Shown one piece after another: positions 6,831 through 15,720 of a DNA stretch of 32,000 bases; position 1 is the stretch's first letter; each line of letters opens with the position of its first letter. The stretch covers positions 270,001 through 302,000 of the forward strand of contig NZ_JAGIOS010000001.1 of assembly GCF_017876815.1 (NCBI RefSeq), read 5' to 3'. The stretch comes from Sinorhizobium meliloti. GTDB taxonomy: Bacteria > Pseudomonadota > Alphaproteobacteria > Rhizobiales > Rhizobiaceae. Made by a program: the position numbers and the translations under genes. A model generated the notes under the pieces. The model was not told the DNA's origin. It did not search any database and worked only from the letters and a program-made list of their open reading frames with translations.

Positions 6831-9742
6831 TGCCCCTGACCCGTAAGCCGCTCGCATGGCCAGCCGCAAGGCTGGCGGCGTTTCTGGTCGCACTCGTCGT
6901 TTTCGCCCTTGGTCTTGGCGGCGGCGTTGCGCATGCGCTCGAGCCGGTGAAGATCTCGCGCGAGGACACGGCGCTCGATCTCACCGCCACGACGGAGATC
7001 TACAGCGGCAGAGGCGACGCCTTTCAGGTTTCGACCGCCCCCGGCACGGACGGCATCGTCAGACGCATCGAAGTGCGTTCCAGCACGGAAAATCACCAGG
7101 GTGACTGGGCCGTGTTCGCGCTCGCCAATGTTTCGGAAGAGCAGCTCGAACGCGTTATCGTCGCACCGCATTTCCGGCTCGTGAATTCGAAGCTCTTCTG
7201 GCCCGACCTCGGCTCGCAGCGCATACTCTCGATCACGCCGAGCGAGGGTTTTGCGCTGGACCGGCAACCGAGCGAAGAAGCGGACGTCTTCCGAATCACG
7301 CTCAATCCGGGTGCGGTCATCACTTTCGTTGCCGAACTCACCACGCCGGAGCTGCCGCAGATCTATCTTTGGCAGCCGGACGCCTACAAGGATACCGTCA
7401 ACGCCTTCACCCTGTACCGCGGTATCGTGCTCGGCATCGCCGGGCTGCTCGCGGTTTTCCTGACGATCCTTTTCGTCGTCAAGGGCACGTCGATGTTGCC
7501 GGCCACCGCCGCGCTCGCCTGGGCCGTGCTTGCCTATATCTGCGTCGATTTCGGCTTCCTTTCGAAGCTCATCACCGTGACTGCCGACGACGAGCGCATA
7601 TGGCGAGCGGGCACCGAGGTGTTCCTCGCAGCCGGTCTCGTGATCTTCCTGTTCACCTATCTCAATCTCAATCGCTGGCATCAGCATCTCGGCTACGCGA
7701 CGCTCGCATGGATTCTCGGCCTCGGGCTGCTTTTCGGCGTCGCCGTCTACGATCCGGCGATCGCCTCCGGCATCGCCCGCCTGTCCTTCGCGCTGACGGC
7801 AACCGTCGGCATCGTGCTGATCGCCTATCTGGGCTTCAACCGTTATGACCGCGCGATCCTTCTCGTTCCAGCCTGGTTGTTGATCCTCGTGTGGCTGTTC
7901 GGCGCCTGGCTCGCGGTGACCGGTCAACTCGCCAATGACATCGTGCAGCCGGCACTCGGCGGCGGCCTCGTGCTCATCGTGCTCCTGATCGGCTTCACCG
8001 TCATGCAGCACGCCTTTTCCGGCGGGGCCTATCAACTCGGTCTTTTCTCCGATCTCGAGCGCCAGGCGCTGGCGCTCACGGGATCAGGCGATACCGTCTG
8101 GGACTGGGACGTGGCGCGCGACCGGGTCGTTACCATTCCCGATATCTCGCACCAGCTCGGGCTTTCGCTCGGAACGATGAACGGGCCGGTTCGCAACTGG
8201 GTGCCGCGGCTGCACCCCGATGACCGCGACCGCTTCCGCGCAACGCTCGACGTGCTGCTCGAACATCGCCGCGGGCGGCTCAACCATGAATTCCGCGTGC
8301 GCGCCGAGGATGGCCATTATCATTGGCTCTCGATCCGGGCGCGCCCGGTGCTCGGCGCCAATGGCGAAATCATCCGATGCGTCGGGACCATCAACGACAT
8401 CACCGAACAGCGCAATTCGGTCGAGCGGCTCTTGCACAACGCGCTTCTGGACAATCTGACCGGCCTGCCGAACAGACAGGTCTTTCTCGATCGCCTGCAG
8501 GCGATCCTCCTGATGGGCGACGGCAGCAACTCGATACGCCCGACCGTGCTTGCCATCGACATCGACCGCTACAAGCAGGTCAACGACATGCTGGGGATCG
8601 CCGCCGGCGACAATGTCCTCATCGCGCTGACGCGCCGCCTGCGCAGGCTTCTGCGCCCGCAGGACACGCTCGCGCGTCTTGGCGGCGACCAGTTCGGCTT
8701 GATCCTCATGTCCGAGCGCGATCCGGCCAAGATCGCCGACTTCGCCGATGCGGTCAGCAAGGCGATCATGGTCCCGCTCAACTACGGAAATCGGGAGATC
8801 AACCTGACCGCTTCGATCGGCCTCGTCTCATGGCTCGATCAGGAGCAGAGCGCAGCCGGACTGCTCGACGATGCCGAGCTTGCGATGTTCCGCGCCAAGA
8901 AGGCGGGCGGCAACCGGGTCGAGCCGTTCCGTCCGGCTTTCCGGACCTCCGGCTCGGACCGCCTACAGCTCGAAGCCGACCTGAAGCGCGCCATGGAGCG
9001 CAAGGAGCTTTCCCTCGTATACCAGCCCATCGTCCGCCTCAGCGATGCCGAGATCGCCGGCTTCGAGGCCCTCATGCGCTGGGACCATCCGAAGCGCGGA
9101 AATATTTCGCCGACCGAATTCATCCCCATCGCGGAGAATTCCGACCTGATAAACCAGCTGGGCCTGTTCGCCTTCGACAAGGCCACGAGCGATCTTGCCG
9201 AGTGGCAGACGCAGACCGGCGACCTGCCGATCTTCATCTCGATCAATCTGTCGAGCGCACAGCTGCTGAACAACGAACTCTATGACGACATGCGCGCGAT
9301 TCTCAGCAAGAGCCGCTGCGATCCGGCGCAGATCAAAATGGAACTGACGGAATCGCTTGTCATGGAGAACCCCGAGCAGGCCAGGCTCGTGCTCGAAAAG
9401 CTTCGCGAGGCCGGGCTGCGGCTGGCGCTCGACGATTTCGGCACCGGCCACTCGTCGCTCTCCTACCTCACCCGCTTCCCTTTCGACACGATCAAGATCG
9501 ACAAGGCGCTGGTGCGCGATCCAAGCGACAAGCGCGCCGTCATCCTGCGCGCGGTGATCACGATGGCGCGCGAGCTCGACATGCGGGTGGTCGCGGAGGG
9601 AATCGAATCCGAGGAGGATGCGATCCAGCTCGCGCAGATGGGCTGCGACTACGGTCAGAGCTTCCTGTTCGGTCCGCCGGTGGGATCGGAATCGATCCTG
9701 AGGCTCCTGAAGGAGCGATTTCCGCTGATGAAGCGGGCTTGA
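6830..9742 (+). CDS. Membrane sensor: periplasmic domain, 7TM region (7TMR-DISM-like), PAS, degenerate GGDEF (GGDQF) and EAL phosphodiesterase
   Basis: ORF track 6761..9742. ATG at 6830 overlaps the GNAT TGA (TGATG) and gives the signal/TM sequence MPLTRKPLAWPAARLAAFLVALVVFALG. There is a hydrophobic 7-helix block and a PAS-like region (WDWDVARDRV...INDITEQ). GGDQF lies at 8681-8695 with RPQD at 8654-8665. EAL (FEALMRW) is at 9065-9073, followed by ELTES, DDFGTGHSSLSYL, KIDKALV and AEGIES. Confidence 0.85.
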   Translation: MPLTRKPLAWPAARLAAFLVALVVFALGLGGGVAHALEPVKISREDTALDLTATTEIYSGRGDAFQVSTAPGTDGIVRRIEVRSSTENHQGDWAVFALANVSEEQLERVIVAPHFRLVNSKLFWPDLGSQRILSITPSEGFALDRQPSEEADVFRITLNPGAVITFVAELTTPELPQIYLWQPDAYKDTVNAFTLYRGIVLGIAGLLAVFLTILFVVKGTSMLPATAALAWAVLAYICVDFGFLSKLITVTADDERIWRAGTEVFLAAGLVIFLFTYLNLNRWHQHLGYATLAWILGLGLLFGVAVYDPAIASGIARLSFALTATVGIVLIAYLGFNRYDRAILLVPAWLLILVWLFGAWLAVTGQLANDIVQPALGGGLVLIVLLIGFTVMQHAFSGGAYQLGLFSDLERQALALTGSGDTVWDWDVARDRVVTIPDISHQLGLSLGTMNGPVRNWVPRLHPDDRDRFRATLDVLLEHRRGRLNHEFRVRAEDGHYHWLSIRARPVLGANGEIIRCVGTINDITEQRNSVERLLHNALLDNLTGLPNRQVFLDRLQAILLMGDGSNSIRPTVLAIDIDRYKQVNDMLGIAAGDNVLIALTRRLRRLLRPQDTLARLGGDQFGLILMSERDPAKIADFADAVSKAIMVPLNYGNREINLTASIGLVSWLDQEQSAAGLLDDAELAMFRAKKAGGNRVEPFRPAFRTSGSDRLQLEADLKRAMERKELSLVYQPIVRLSDAEIAGFEALMRWDHPKRGNISPTEFIPIAENSDLINQLGLFAFDKATSDLAEWQTQTGDLPIFISINLSSAQLLNNELYDDMRAILSKSRCDPAQIKMELTESLVMENPEQARLVLEKLREAGLRLALDDFGTGHSSLSYLTRFPFDTIKIDKALVRDPSDKRAVILRAVITMARELDMRVVAEGIESEEDAIQLAQMGCDYGQSFLFGPPVGSESILRLLKERFPLMKRA

Positions 9743-9827
9743 GGGCATCTGCCCCGTCAGCCGCTCATTGCGCGATGGGGCGGCACGTTCCTCCTGCAGC
9801 CCCCGGCGTGAGAGATGCTCGAGTGAC

Positions 9828-9885
9828 TGCCGCTTGTCCCTTCGCCCCGCCTGCGGGGAGAAGGTGCCGGCAGGCGGATGAGGGG
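9828..9885. repeat. Solo copy of the RIME/REP-like GC-rich hairpin repeat
   Basis: TGCCGCTTGTCCCTTCGCCCCGCCTGCGGGGAGAAGGTGCCGGCAGGCGGATGAGGGG closely matches the right-hand units at 2260-2320 and 12209-12266. Confidence 0.85.
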
Positions 9886-9899
9886 CAATCAATCAGTTT

Positions 9900-10505
9900 T
9901 CAGGCGTGGCCTGAGTCCGTCGAGAGCATCGCCGGGCTGACACCCATCAGGGCCAGCGCTCTGTCGTACTTCTCGTCGAGGTCCCGGCTGAAGATCAGCT
10001 CCTCCTGCGCAGGACAAGTCAGCCAGCCGTTCTGGGTGATTTCGGCCTCCAGCTGGCCTGGGCCCCAGCCCGCATAGCCGAGCAGCATGGTCGCCTTGAG
10101 AGGTCCCTCGCCGCGCGAGATCGCCCTGACGATATCGAGCGTCGCCGTGAGGCAGATGTCGTCACTGACGGGAATGCTGGAGTCGCTCAGGTAATCGTCC
10201 GAATGCAGTACGAAGCCGCGCCCGGTCTCAACGGGGCCCCCGGCCTGGATCTGGAACTCGCGCGTAGCCGACGGCAGGCGGATCGCCTCATCCGGGTCGA
10301 GAAGCTGCAGGTGCAGCAGAACATCCGGGAAGGTCAGGCGCTGCGGACGATTCAGGATGAAGCCCATCGCCCCATCTTCGGAATGGGCGCAGACGAAGAT
10401 GACCGTCCGGGCGAAATTGGTGTCGAACATGCCGGGCATGGCGATCAGGAATTGACCGTCAAGGAAGCCGCGTTCGCGTATCGTATGCAGCACGTTTTTC
10501 GCCAT
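9900..10505 (-). CDS. YqgE/AlgH family protein (UPF0301)
   Basis: 201-aa ORF. The N-terminal [12 protein letters not shown] and later AGWGPGQLE signatures are typical of the family. Confidence 0.8.
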   Translation of the reverse strand: MAKNVLHTIRERGFLDGQFLIAMPGMFDTNFARTVIFVCAHSEDGAMGFILNRPQRLTFPDVLLHLQLLDPDEAIRLPSATREFQIQAGGPVETGRGFVLHSDDYLSDSSIPVSDDICLTATLDIVRAISRGEGPLKATMLLGYAGWGPGQLEAEITQNGWLTCPAQEELIFSRDLDEKYDRALALMGVSPAMLSTDSGHA

Positions 10506-10687
10506 GATGATGATAGCCTATCAATTCGCGACGAAATGAAAAGCGCTTCTACGTGGCGTTCGCCGAAATTTGCGCCCACGCAAGCGACACCCTGTCCATG
10601 CTCTCGTCTTGCCGATCAAGCAATTATGATCGCAGCGGCATATCGGGACCGCTGGAGACCAACGGCGAAACGCGATACAGCTTTGGC

Positions 10688-11536
10688 ATGACCCGACGCT
10701 CGACCCCAATGAAGATGGCCCAGCGCATCGCGACGGCAAGCCTTTTCCTCGCTTTTTTTCTGCCTGCCCGGTCCTATGGAGCCGCCAGCGAATGGGTGAC
10801 CTCACCCGGCGGCGATTTCCGCATTGTCGCTTCGCAACCGAAGCCGGATGGTGCCATTCCCGCCATTCTCGAGGTTCGGCTCAACCCCGGCTGGAAGACC
10901 TATTGGCGGGATCCTGGCGCAAGCGGCATACCGCCGCAGGTCACCCTCGATCCCTCCGGCGGCGTCTCGCTGCAGTCGATCCGCTTCCCGGTGCCGAAGA
11001 CGTTCGGCGAAGGACCGGGACGCTACACCGGATATGATGTGCCGGTGGCGTTCCCGCTGACGCTGAAGAGGACCGGCAACGGCGGAGACGTCACCATCCG
11101 GGCCTCCGTCTTCCTCGGCATCTGCGAAGATATCTGCATTCCCGTGCAGGGGGATGTGACCGTCGCGCTCAAAAGCGGCGAGTTCGACAATCCGCTCGAC
11201 GGTGCGCGCATCGAAAAGGCTTTCTCCGCACTGCCGGAGCAGCCGTCCGAGAACTTCAGGGTGGTGAACGCGAAATTCGATGCGGCCGCCGGCATGGTAC
11301 GACTCGAGTTCCTGTTGCCGCCGGATGCGGCTGCCGGGTCAGCCGATCTCTTTCTCGCCGGGCCGCCCGGCGTCTTTTTCGGCAAGCCGGTTTTTCACGA
11401 TGCGCAGGGCGCCGAGCGTCGGGCCGACGTTCCGGTGAAGCTCTCCGGCAAGGACAAGAACATCGCGGGTAAGCCGATCACGCTCACCCTGCGCGCGGGC
11501 AGCCGCAGCATGGAAACGATGCTTGCCTTTGATTGA
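10688..11536 (+). CDS. Periplasmic DsbD-alpha-like (thiol:disulfide interchange protein DsbD N-terminal domain) protein
   Basis: ORF track 10553..11536. Signal peptide MKMAQRIATASLFLAFFLPARSYGA; candidate starts are 10688, 10709 and 10715. It has GWKTYWRDPG and a Cys pair in FLGICEDICIPV, as in DsbD N-terminal domain proteins. Confidence 0.65.
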   Translation: MTRRSTPMKMAQRIATASLFLAFFLPARSYGAASEWVTSPGGDFRIVASQPKPDGAIPAILEVRLNPGWKTYWRDPGASGIPPQVTLDPSGGVSLQSIRFPVPKTFGEGPGRYTGYDVPVAFPLTLKRTGNGGDVTIRASVFLGICEDICIPVQGDVTVALKSGEFDNPLDGARIEKAFSALPEQPSENFRVVNAKFDAAAGMVRLEFLLPPDAAAGSADLFLAGPPGVFFGKPVFHDAQGAERRADVPVKLSGKDKNIAGKPITLTLRAGSRSMETMLAFD

Positions 11537-11591
11537 GCCGACCCTATAGTCCTGCGAAACCCCGCTACTGCATAGAGACGAGGAGAGACCA

Positions 11592-12077
11592 GTGACCATT
11601 GCCGTCGGAGACAAGCTGCCCAACGCCACCTTCAAGGAGAAGACCGCAGACGGCCCGGTCGAGGTAACGACCGAGCTGCTCTTCAAGGGCAAACGCGTGG
11701 TTCTTTTCGCGGTGCCGGGTGCTTTTACCCCGACCTGCTCGCTCAACCACCTGCCCGGCTATCTGGAAAATCGCGATGCCATTCTTGCGCGCGGGGTCGA
11801 CGACATCGCCGTTGTCGCGGTCAACGACCTGCATGTGATGGGCGCCTGGGCGACCCATTCCGGCGGCATGGGCAAGATCCATTTCCTCTCGGACTGGAAT
11901 GCCGCCTTTACCAAGGCGATCGGGATGGAGATCGATCTTTCGGCCGGCACGCTCGGCATCCGCTCGAAACGCTATTCGATGCTGGTCGAGGACGGCGTCG
12001 TCAAGGCGCTGAACATCGAGGAAAGCCCGGGACAGGCGACCGCTTCCGGTGCGGCCGCGATGCTTGAGCTGCTTTGA
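11592..12077 (+). CDS. Peroxiredoxin, Prx5/PrxD type
   Basis: 161-aa ORF. GTG start at 11592 is preceded by GAGGAGAG. The peroxidatic Cys motif is FAVPGAFTPTCS. No signal peptide is present. Confidence 0.85.
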   Translation: MTIAVGDKLPNATFKEKTADGPVEVTTELLFKGKRVVLFAVPGAFTPTCSLNHLPGYLENRDAILARGVDDIAVVAVNDLHVMGAWATHSGGMGKIHFLSDWNAAFTKAIGMEIDLSAGTLGIRSKRYSMLVEDGVVKALNIEESPGQATASGAAAMLELL

Positions 12078-12103
12078 TTCTTAAAACGGACTGCGTGCAT
12101 CTG

Positions 12104-12266
12104 CCCCTCATCCGGCCTGCCGGCCACCTTCTCCCCGCACGCGGGGCGAAGGGACAAGCGGCATGCTCCAGTTCTAGAGCGAGCGCTCGGGAAAGACCCC
12201 GGGGCGTTCGCCGCTTGCCCCTTCTCCCCGCGTGCGGGGAGAAGGTCGCGGCAGCGGGATGAGGGG
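12104..12266. repeat. Second inverted pair of RIME/REP-like hairpin repeats
   Basis: Left unit 12104-12163: CCCCTCATCCGGCCTGCCGGCCACCTTCTCCCCGCACGCGGGGCGAAGGGACAAGCGGCA. Right unit 12209-12266 is in reverse-complement orientation. The spacer is about 45 bp and unrelated to the spacer at 2220-2259. Confidence 0.85.
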
Positions 12267-12287
12267 CAATAACAGACGGAGAGCTTT

Positions 12288-12749
12288 CTATTTCACCGCG
12301 TCCGCACGACGCGCCTTCTTGAACGGTTCCATGCCCTTGCGCGCAAGTTCGTCGGCGCGTTCGTTCTCCGGATGGCCGGCGTGGCCCTTCACCCAGTGCC
12401 AGGTCACGTTGTGGCGGTTCCTTGCCTCATCGAGCGCCTGCCATAACTCGCCGTTCTTCACCGGCTTCCGGTCGCCGGTTTTCCAGCCGTTGCGCTTCCA
12501 GCCGTGTATCCATTTGGAGATACCGTCCATCACATATTTGCTGTCGGTATGGAGATCGACCTCGCAGGGCTGCCTGAGCGCGTTGAGGGCAGAGATCGCC
12601 GCGAGAAGCTCCATGCGGTTGTTCGTCGTCTCCGCCTCTCCGCCGGACATTTCCTTCTCCACGTCGCCGTAGCGCAGGACCGCGCCCCAACCGCCCGGTC
12701 CGGGATTTCCCGAGCACGCACCGTCGGTAAAGATGTGGACGTGCTTCAT
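12288..12749 (-). CDS. rnhA: Ribonuclease HI
   Basis: 153-aa ORF with [20 protein letters not shown] and TNNRMEL, both classic RNase H1 motifs. Its ATG overlaps the thrB stop (ATGA at 12746-12749). Confidence 0.92.
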   Translation of the reverse strand: MKHVHIFTDGACSGNPGPGGWGAVLRYGDVEKEMSGGEAETTNNRMELLAAISALNALRQPCEVDLHTDSKYVMDGISKWIHGWKRNGWKTGDRKPVKNGELWQALDEARNRHNVTWHWVKGHAGHPENERADELARKGMEPFKKARRADAVK

Positions 12750-13726
12750 GCCGGGGCCTCTTCGCGTCTGAGGCCATATTCGGCGCTCGAGACGATGGCG
12801 CGGTGGAAGCGGATCTTCGTCAGATATTCGAGCGGATCTTTCTTGACCACAAGCGCGCCCGGCGGCGTCATCAGCCAGTCATAGAGGCGCGTCAGGAAGA
12901 AGCGGAGCGCGGACCCGCGCGCAAGCAGCGGCAGCGCCTCGATCTCTTCCGCCGTCAATCTCCGCACGCTCTCATAGCCGGAAAGCAGCGCCATGCCCTT
13001 GGTGATGTTGTAGGAGCCATCCTTCTCGAAGCACCAGGAGTTCAGGCAGATGGCGACGTCGTAGGCGAGGAAATCGTTGCAGGCGAAATAGAAATCGATA
13101 AGGCCGGAAAGACGATCGCCGAGGAAAAACACGTTGTCCGGGAAGAGATCAGCGTGGATCACGCCTTCCGGCAGGTCTTTCGGCCAATGCTCCTCGATAA
13201 AGGCGAGCTCCGTCGCGATCTCGTCCTTGAGGCCGGCTTGAACCTCGTCGGCACGCGCTTCGGAGTTCCGCCATAGCGGTCGCCAGCCTTCGACGGAGAG
13301 CGCGTTGGGGCGCTTCAGGGGAAAGCCCTCACCCGCCTGGTGCATCGATGCGAGCGCCCGGCCGACCTCGCGGCAGTGCTGCGCCTCGGGCTTTCTCAGC
13401 CACATGCCTTCCAGAAACGAGATCACGGCCGCAGGTCTTCCTGAGAGCGTTCCGAGAAGCTTGCCGTCGGCGCGTGGAAGGGGCAGCGGGCAGGAAAGCC
13501 CACGCTCGGCGAGGTGATGCATGAGGCCCAGGAAAAACGGCAGATCGTCGGCGTTTACCCGCTTCTCGTAGAGCGTGAGGATATAGGCCCCTTTGGTCGT
13601 GTGGAGAAGGAAGTTTGAATTCTCCACGCCTTCGGCGATGCCCTTGTAGGAGGTCAGCGATCCCACCTCATAGGCGGCGAGGAAACGGATCAGCTCGTCT
13701 TCCGTGATATCGGTATAAACTGCCAA
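12746..13726 (-). CDS. thrB: Homoserine kinase, type II (APH/choline-kinase fold ThrB)
   Basis: 326-aa ORF with an apparent TTG start at 13724-13726. N-terminus [12 protein letters not shown]...[13 protein letters not shown] and the kinase motif [13 protein letters not shown] fit the non-GHMP ThrB family. Confidence 0.85.
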   Translation of the reverse strand: MAVYTDITEDELIRFLAAYEVGSLTSYKGIAEGVENSNFLLHTTKGAYILTLYEKRVNADDLPFFLGLMHHLAERGLSCPLPLPRADGKLLGTLSGRPAAVISFLEGMWLRKPEAQHCREVGRALASMHQAGEGFPLKRPNALSVEGWRPLWRNSEARADEVQAGLKDEIATELAFIEEHWPKDLPEGVIHADLFPDNVFFLGDRLSGLIDFYFACNDFLAYDVAICLNSWCFEKDGSYNITKGMALLSGYESVRRLTAEEIEALPLLARGSALRFFLTRLYDWLMTPPGALVVKKDPLEYLTKIRFHRAIVSSAEYGLRREEAPA

Positions 13727-13770
13727 GGCGCGTTACTTTCCAGAGATGCTAATTGCGAGAATCTAAGCGG

Positions 13771-13875
13771 CTAGAGCACTTCCAGGAAAAGTGTGTAACG
13801 GTTTCCGTCCGGAAGTGCGTTGGTTCAAATGGGTAGAGCCTTCCAGTGTTTCCATGAAACATTGAAATGCTCTAG
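13771..13875. repeat. 105-bp structured intergenic element with terminal inverted repeats (MITE/REP-like)
   Basis: Terminal inverted repeats CTAGAGCA (13771-13778) and TGCTCTAG (13868-13875). Internal direct repeat TAGAGC(A)CTTCCAG at 13772-13785 and 13834-13846. Internal hairpin CTTCCAGGA (13779-13787) with TCCGGAAG (13808-13815). GC is lower than in the flanks. Confidence 0.6.
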
Positions 13876-13880
13876 CTGCG

Positions 13881-14894
13881 CTACTCGCCGTTGACGAAGG
13901 CCATGTCGGCCCCCGTCAGTTCGACGTGCCGGAGCTCGCGGTTGACGAGAAAGTGCTCGTTTTCCTCCACCGTGTCGGCAAGCTCGACCGTGGCATCGTA
14001 GCGCTCGCGGAACGCTTCGATGATCTCGTTGACGATCACCTCCGGCGCGGAAGCACCCGCCGACAACCCGACCATCGAAATATCCCCCACCGTCGCCCAG
14101 TCGATTTCCGAGGCGCGCTGGACGAGAACGGCTTTTTTCGCCCCTGCCCTCAGCGCAACCTCGACGAGGCGCTTCGAGTTCGATGAATTGGGTGCGCCGA
14201 CGACCAGGAAAAGGTCGCAGCCGGGCGCCGCCTGCTTCACCGCTTCCTGCCGGTTCGTGGTGGCATAGCAGATCGAATCGGCCGCAGGCGCCGTCAGGTT
14301 CGGAAAGCGCTCATGCAGCCGCTTGATGACGCCGGCGGTATCGTCGACCGAGAGCGTCGTCTGCGTGACGAAACCGAGATTGTCCGCGTCCGGCGGCATA
14401 TAGACGTCGGCATCCTCGACGGTCTCGACCAGGGAGACCGCCCCCTCCGGCAATTGCCCCATGGTGCCGATGACCTCGGGGTGTCCGGCATGGCCGATCA
14501 GCACGACGTGGCGTCCCATGCGATGATGGCGCATCGCCTGCTTGTGCACCTTCGAGACGAGCGGGCAGGTGGCGTCGAGATAGAAGAGATTGCGCTCGTC
14601 CGCATCGGCCGGAACGGATTTGGGCACGCCATGGGCGGAGAAGACCACGGGCTGCTTGCGGTGCTCGGGCGGGATCTCGTCGAGCTCCTCGACGAAAATC
14701 GCCCCCTTGGCTTCGAGCCCCTCCACCACGTAACGGTTATGCACGATCTCATGACGGACATAGACCGGCGCGCCGAACTCCTTGAGCGCGAGCACCACGA
14801 TCTGGATCGCCCGGTCGACGCCCGCGCAGAAGCCACGCGGCCCGCAGAGGCGGATGGTGATCGGGGTTTTTGCTGCTGCGGATGGGGCCATCAT
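13881..14894 (-). CDS. ispH: 4-hydroxy-3-methylbut-2-enyl diphosphate reductase
   Basis: ORF track 13881..14963. Internal ATG at 14892-14894 gives [30 protein letters not shown], the typical IspH/LytB N-terminus with the first Fe-S Cys. Confidence 0.9.
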   Translation of the reverse strand: MMAPSAAAKTPITIRLCGPRGFCAGVDRAIQIVVLALKEFGAPVYVRHEIVHNRYVVEGLEAKGAIFVEELDEIPPEHRKQPVVFSAHGVPKSVPADADERNLFYLDATCPLVSKVHKQAMRHHRMGRHVVLIGHAGHPEVIGTMGQLPEGAVSLVETVEDADVYMPPDADNLGFVTQTTLSVDDTAGVIKRLHERFPNLTAPAADSICYATTNRQEAVKQAAPGCDLFLVVGAPNSSNSKRLVEVALRAGAKKAVLVQRASEIDWATVGDISMVGLSAGASAPEVIVNEIIEAFRERYDATVELADTVEENEHFLVNRELRHVELTGADMAFVNGE

Positions 14895-14940
14895 GAAAAC
14901 GCCAGTGGAACGAACAAAGCCGGATGTCGGCATGGGCCAT

Positions 14941-14968
14941 ATATAGCGGCAACGATCGGGCACACAAG
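14941..14968 (-). promoter_or_regulatory. Putative sigma-70 promoter of ispH (CTTGTG-N16-CTATAT)
   Basis: On the minus strand, CTTGTG (14963-14968) is followed by a 16-nt spacer and CTATAT (14941-14946). This compares with the rhizobial housekeeping consensus CTTGAC-N16/17-CTATAT and lies about 45 nt upstream of the ispH ATG. Confidence 0.4.
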
Positions 14969-14984
14969 GAAGAACCGGCGCGCC

Positions 14985-15713
14985 CTACCGCCTGCGCCGG
15001 TAGATGTAGATGCCGCTGACGGCGACGAGGGCGGCTGCAAGGCCGTACCAGGTCAGCGCATATTGCAGGTGATTGTTCGGCAGATCGAACTGGGTCACGC
15101 CGCCGATCGGCAGACCGCCGGGATTGTCCGATGCATCGGCATCGATAAAGAAGGAAACGACGCGATCGGATGCGAGGCCGGCAGAGTCCGCCATCGTATC
15201 GAGGTCCTTCCAGTAGAAGATGTTCTTGGCGGCGTCGTTGTCCGGTACCAGGGACGACGGCTTTCCGGAAAGCTTCGGCCGCGCCAGACCGTTGATGGTC
15301 ACACTTCCGGCGATCTGCCCTTCGGCCCGCGTGGAGGCATCCTTCTTCTCGAAGGGGACGAAGCCGCGGTTCACGAAAATGGCCCGGCCGTCGGCCAGCA
15401 TAAGAGGCGTGAAGACGTAGAAGCCCGTGCGGCCTTCATGGGTGGCGAAGAAATGGCGCTCCTTGCCGTGGTCGTACACGCCGGACACGTACACTGTCCG
15501 GTAGTCGATATCCCCGCCGGCCGCGGCCATGGCCTCGATCTTGTCGAACGAGACGGCCGGCGCCGAGCGCCGCTCGGCAATTGCGCCGATCAGCGCCTCC
15601 TTCCAATGCAGCCGTTGCATCTGCCAGGTGCCCAGCGACACGAGCACAGCGAAAGCGGCGAGCACCAGGACAACGCCGGCCGCACGGCCGGCGCGGCTGC
15701 GCGGAGCCGGCAT
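14985..15713 (-). CDS. SURF1 family cytochrome oxidase biogenesis protein
   Basis: ORF track 14985..15752. ATG at 15711-15713 gives MPAPRSRAGRAAGVVLVLAAFAVLVSLGTWQMQRLHWK, the typical SURF1 N-terminal TM plus GxWQxxR motif. The upstream ATG at 15752 is possible but would overlap DUF983 by 32 nt. Confidence 0.8.
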   Translation of the reverse strand: MPAPRSRAGRAAGVVLVLAAFAVLVSLGTWQMQRLHWKEALIGAIAERRSAPAVSFDKIEAMAAAGGDIDYRTVYVSGVYDHGKERHFFATHEGRTGFYVFTPLMLADGRAIFVNRGFVPFEKKDASTRAEGQIAGSVTINGLARPKLSGKPSSLVPDNDAAKNIFYWKDLDTMADSAGLASDRVVSFFIDADASDNPGGLPIGGVTQFDLPNNHLQYALTWYGLAAALVAVSGIYIYRRRR

Positions 15714-15720
15714 GCGCTCG

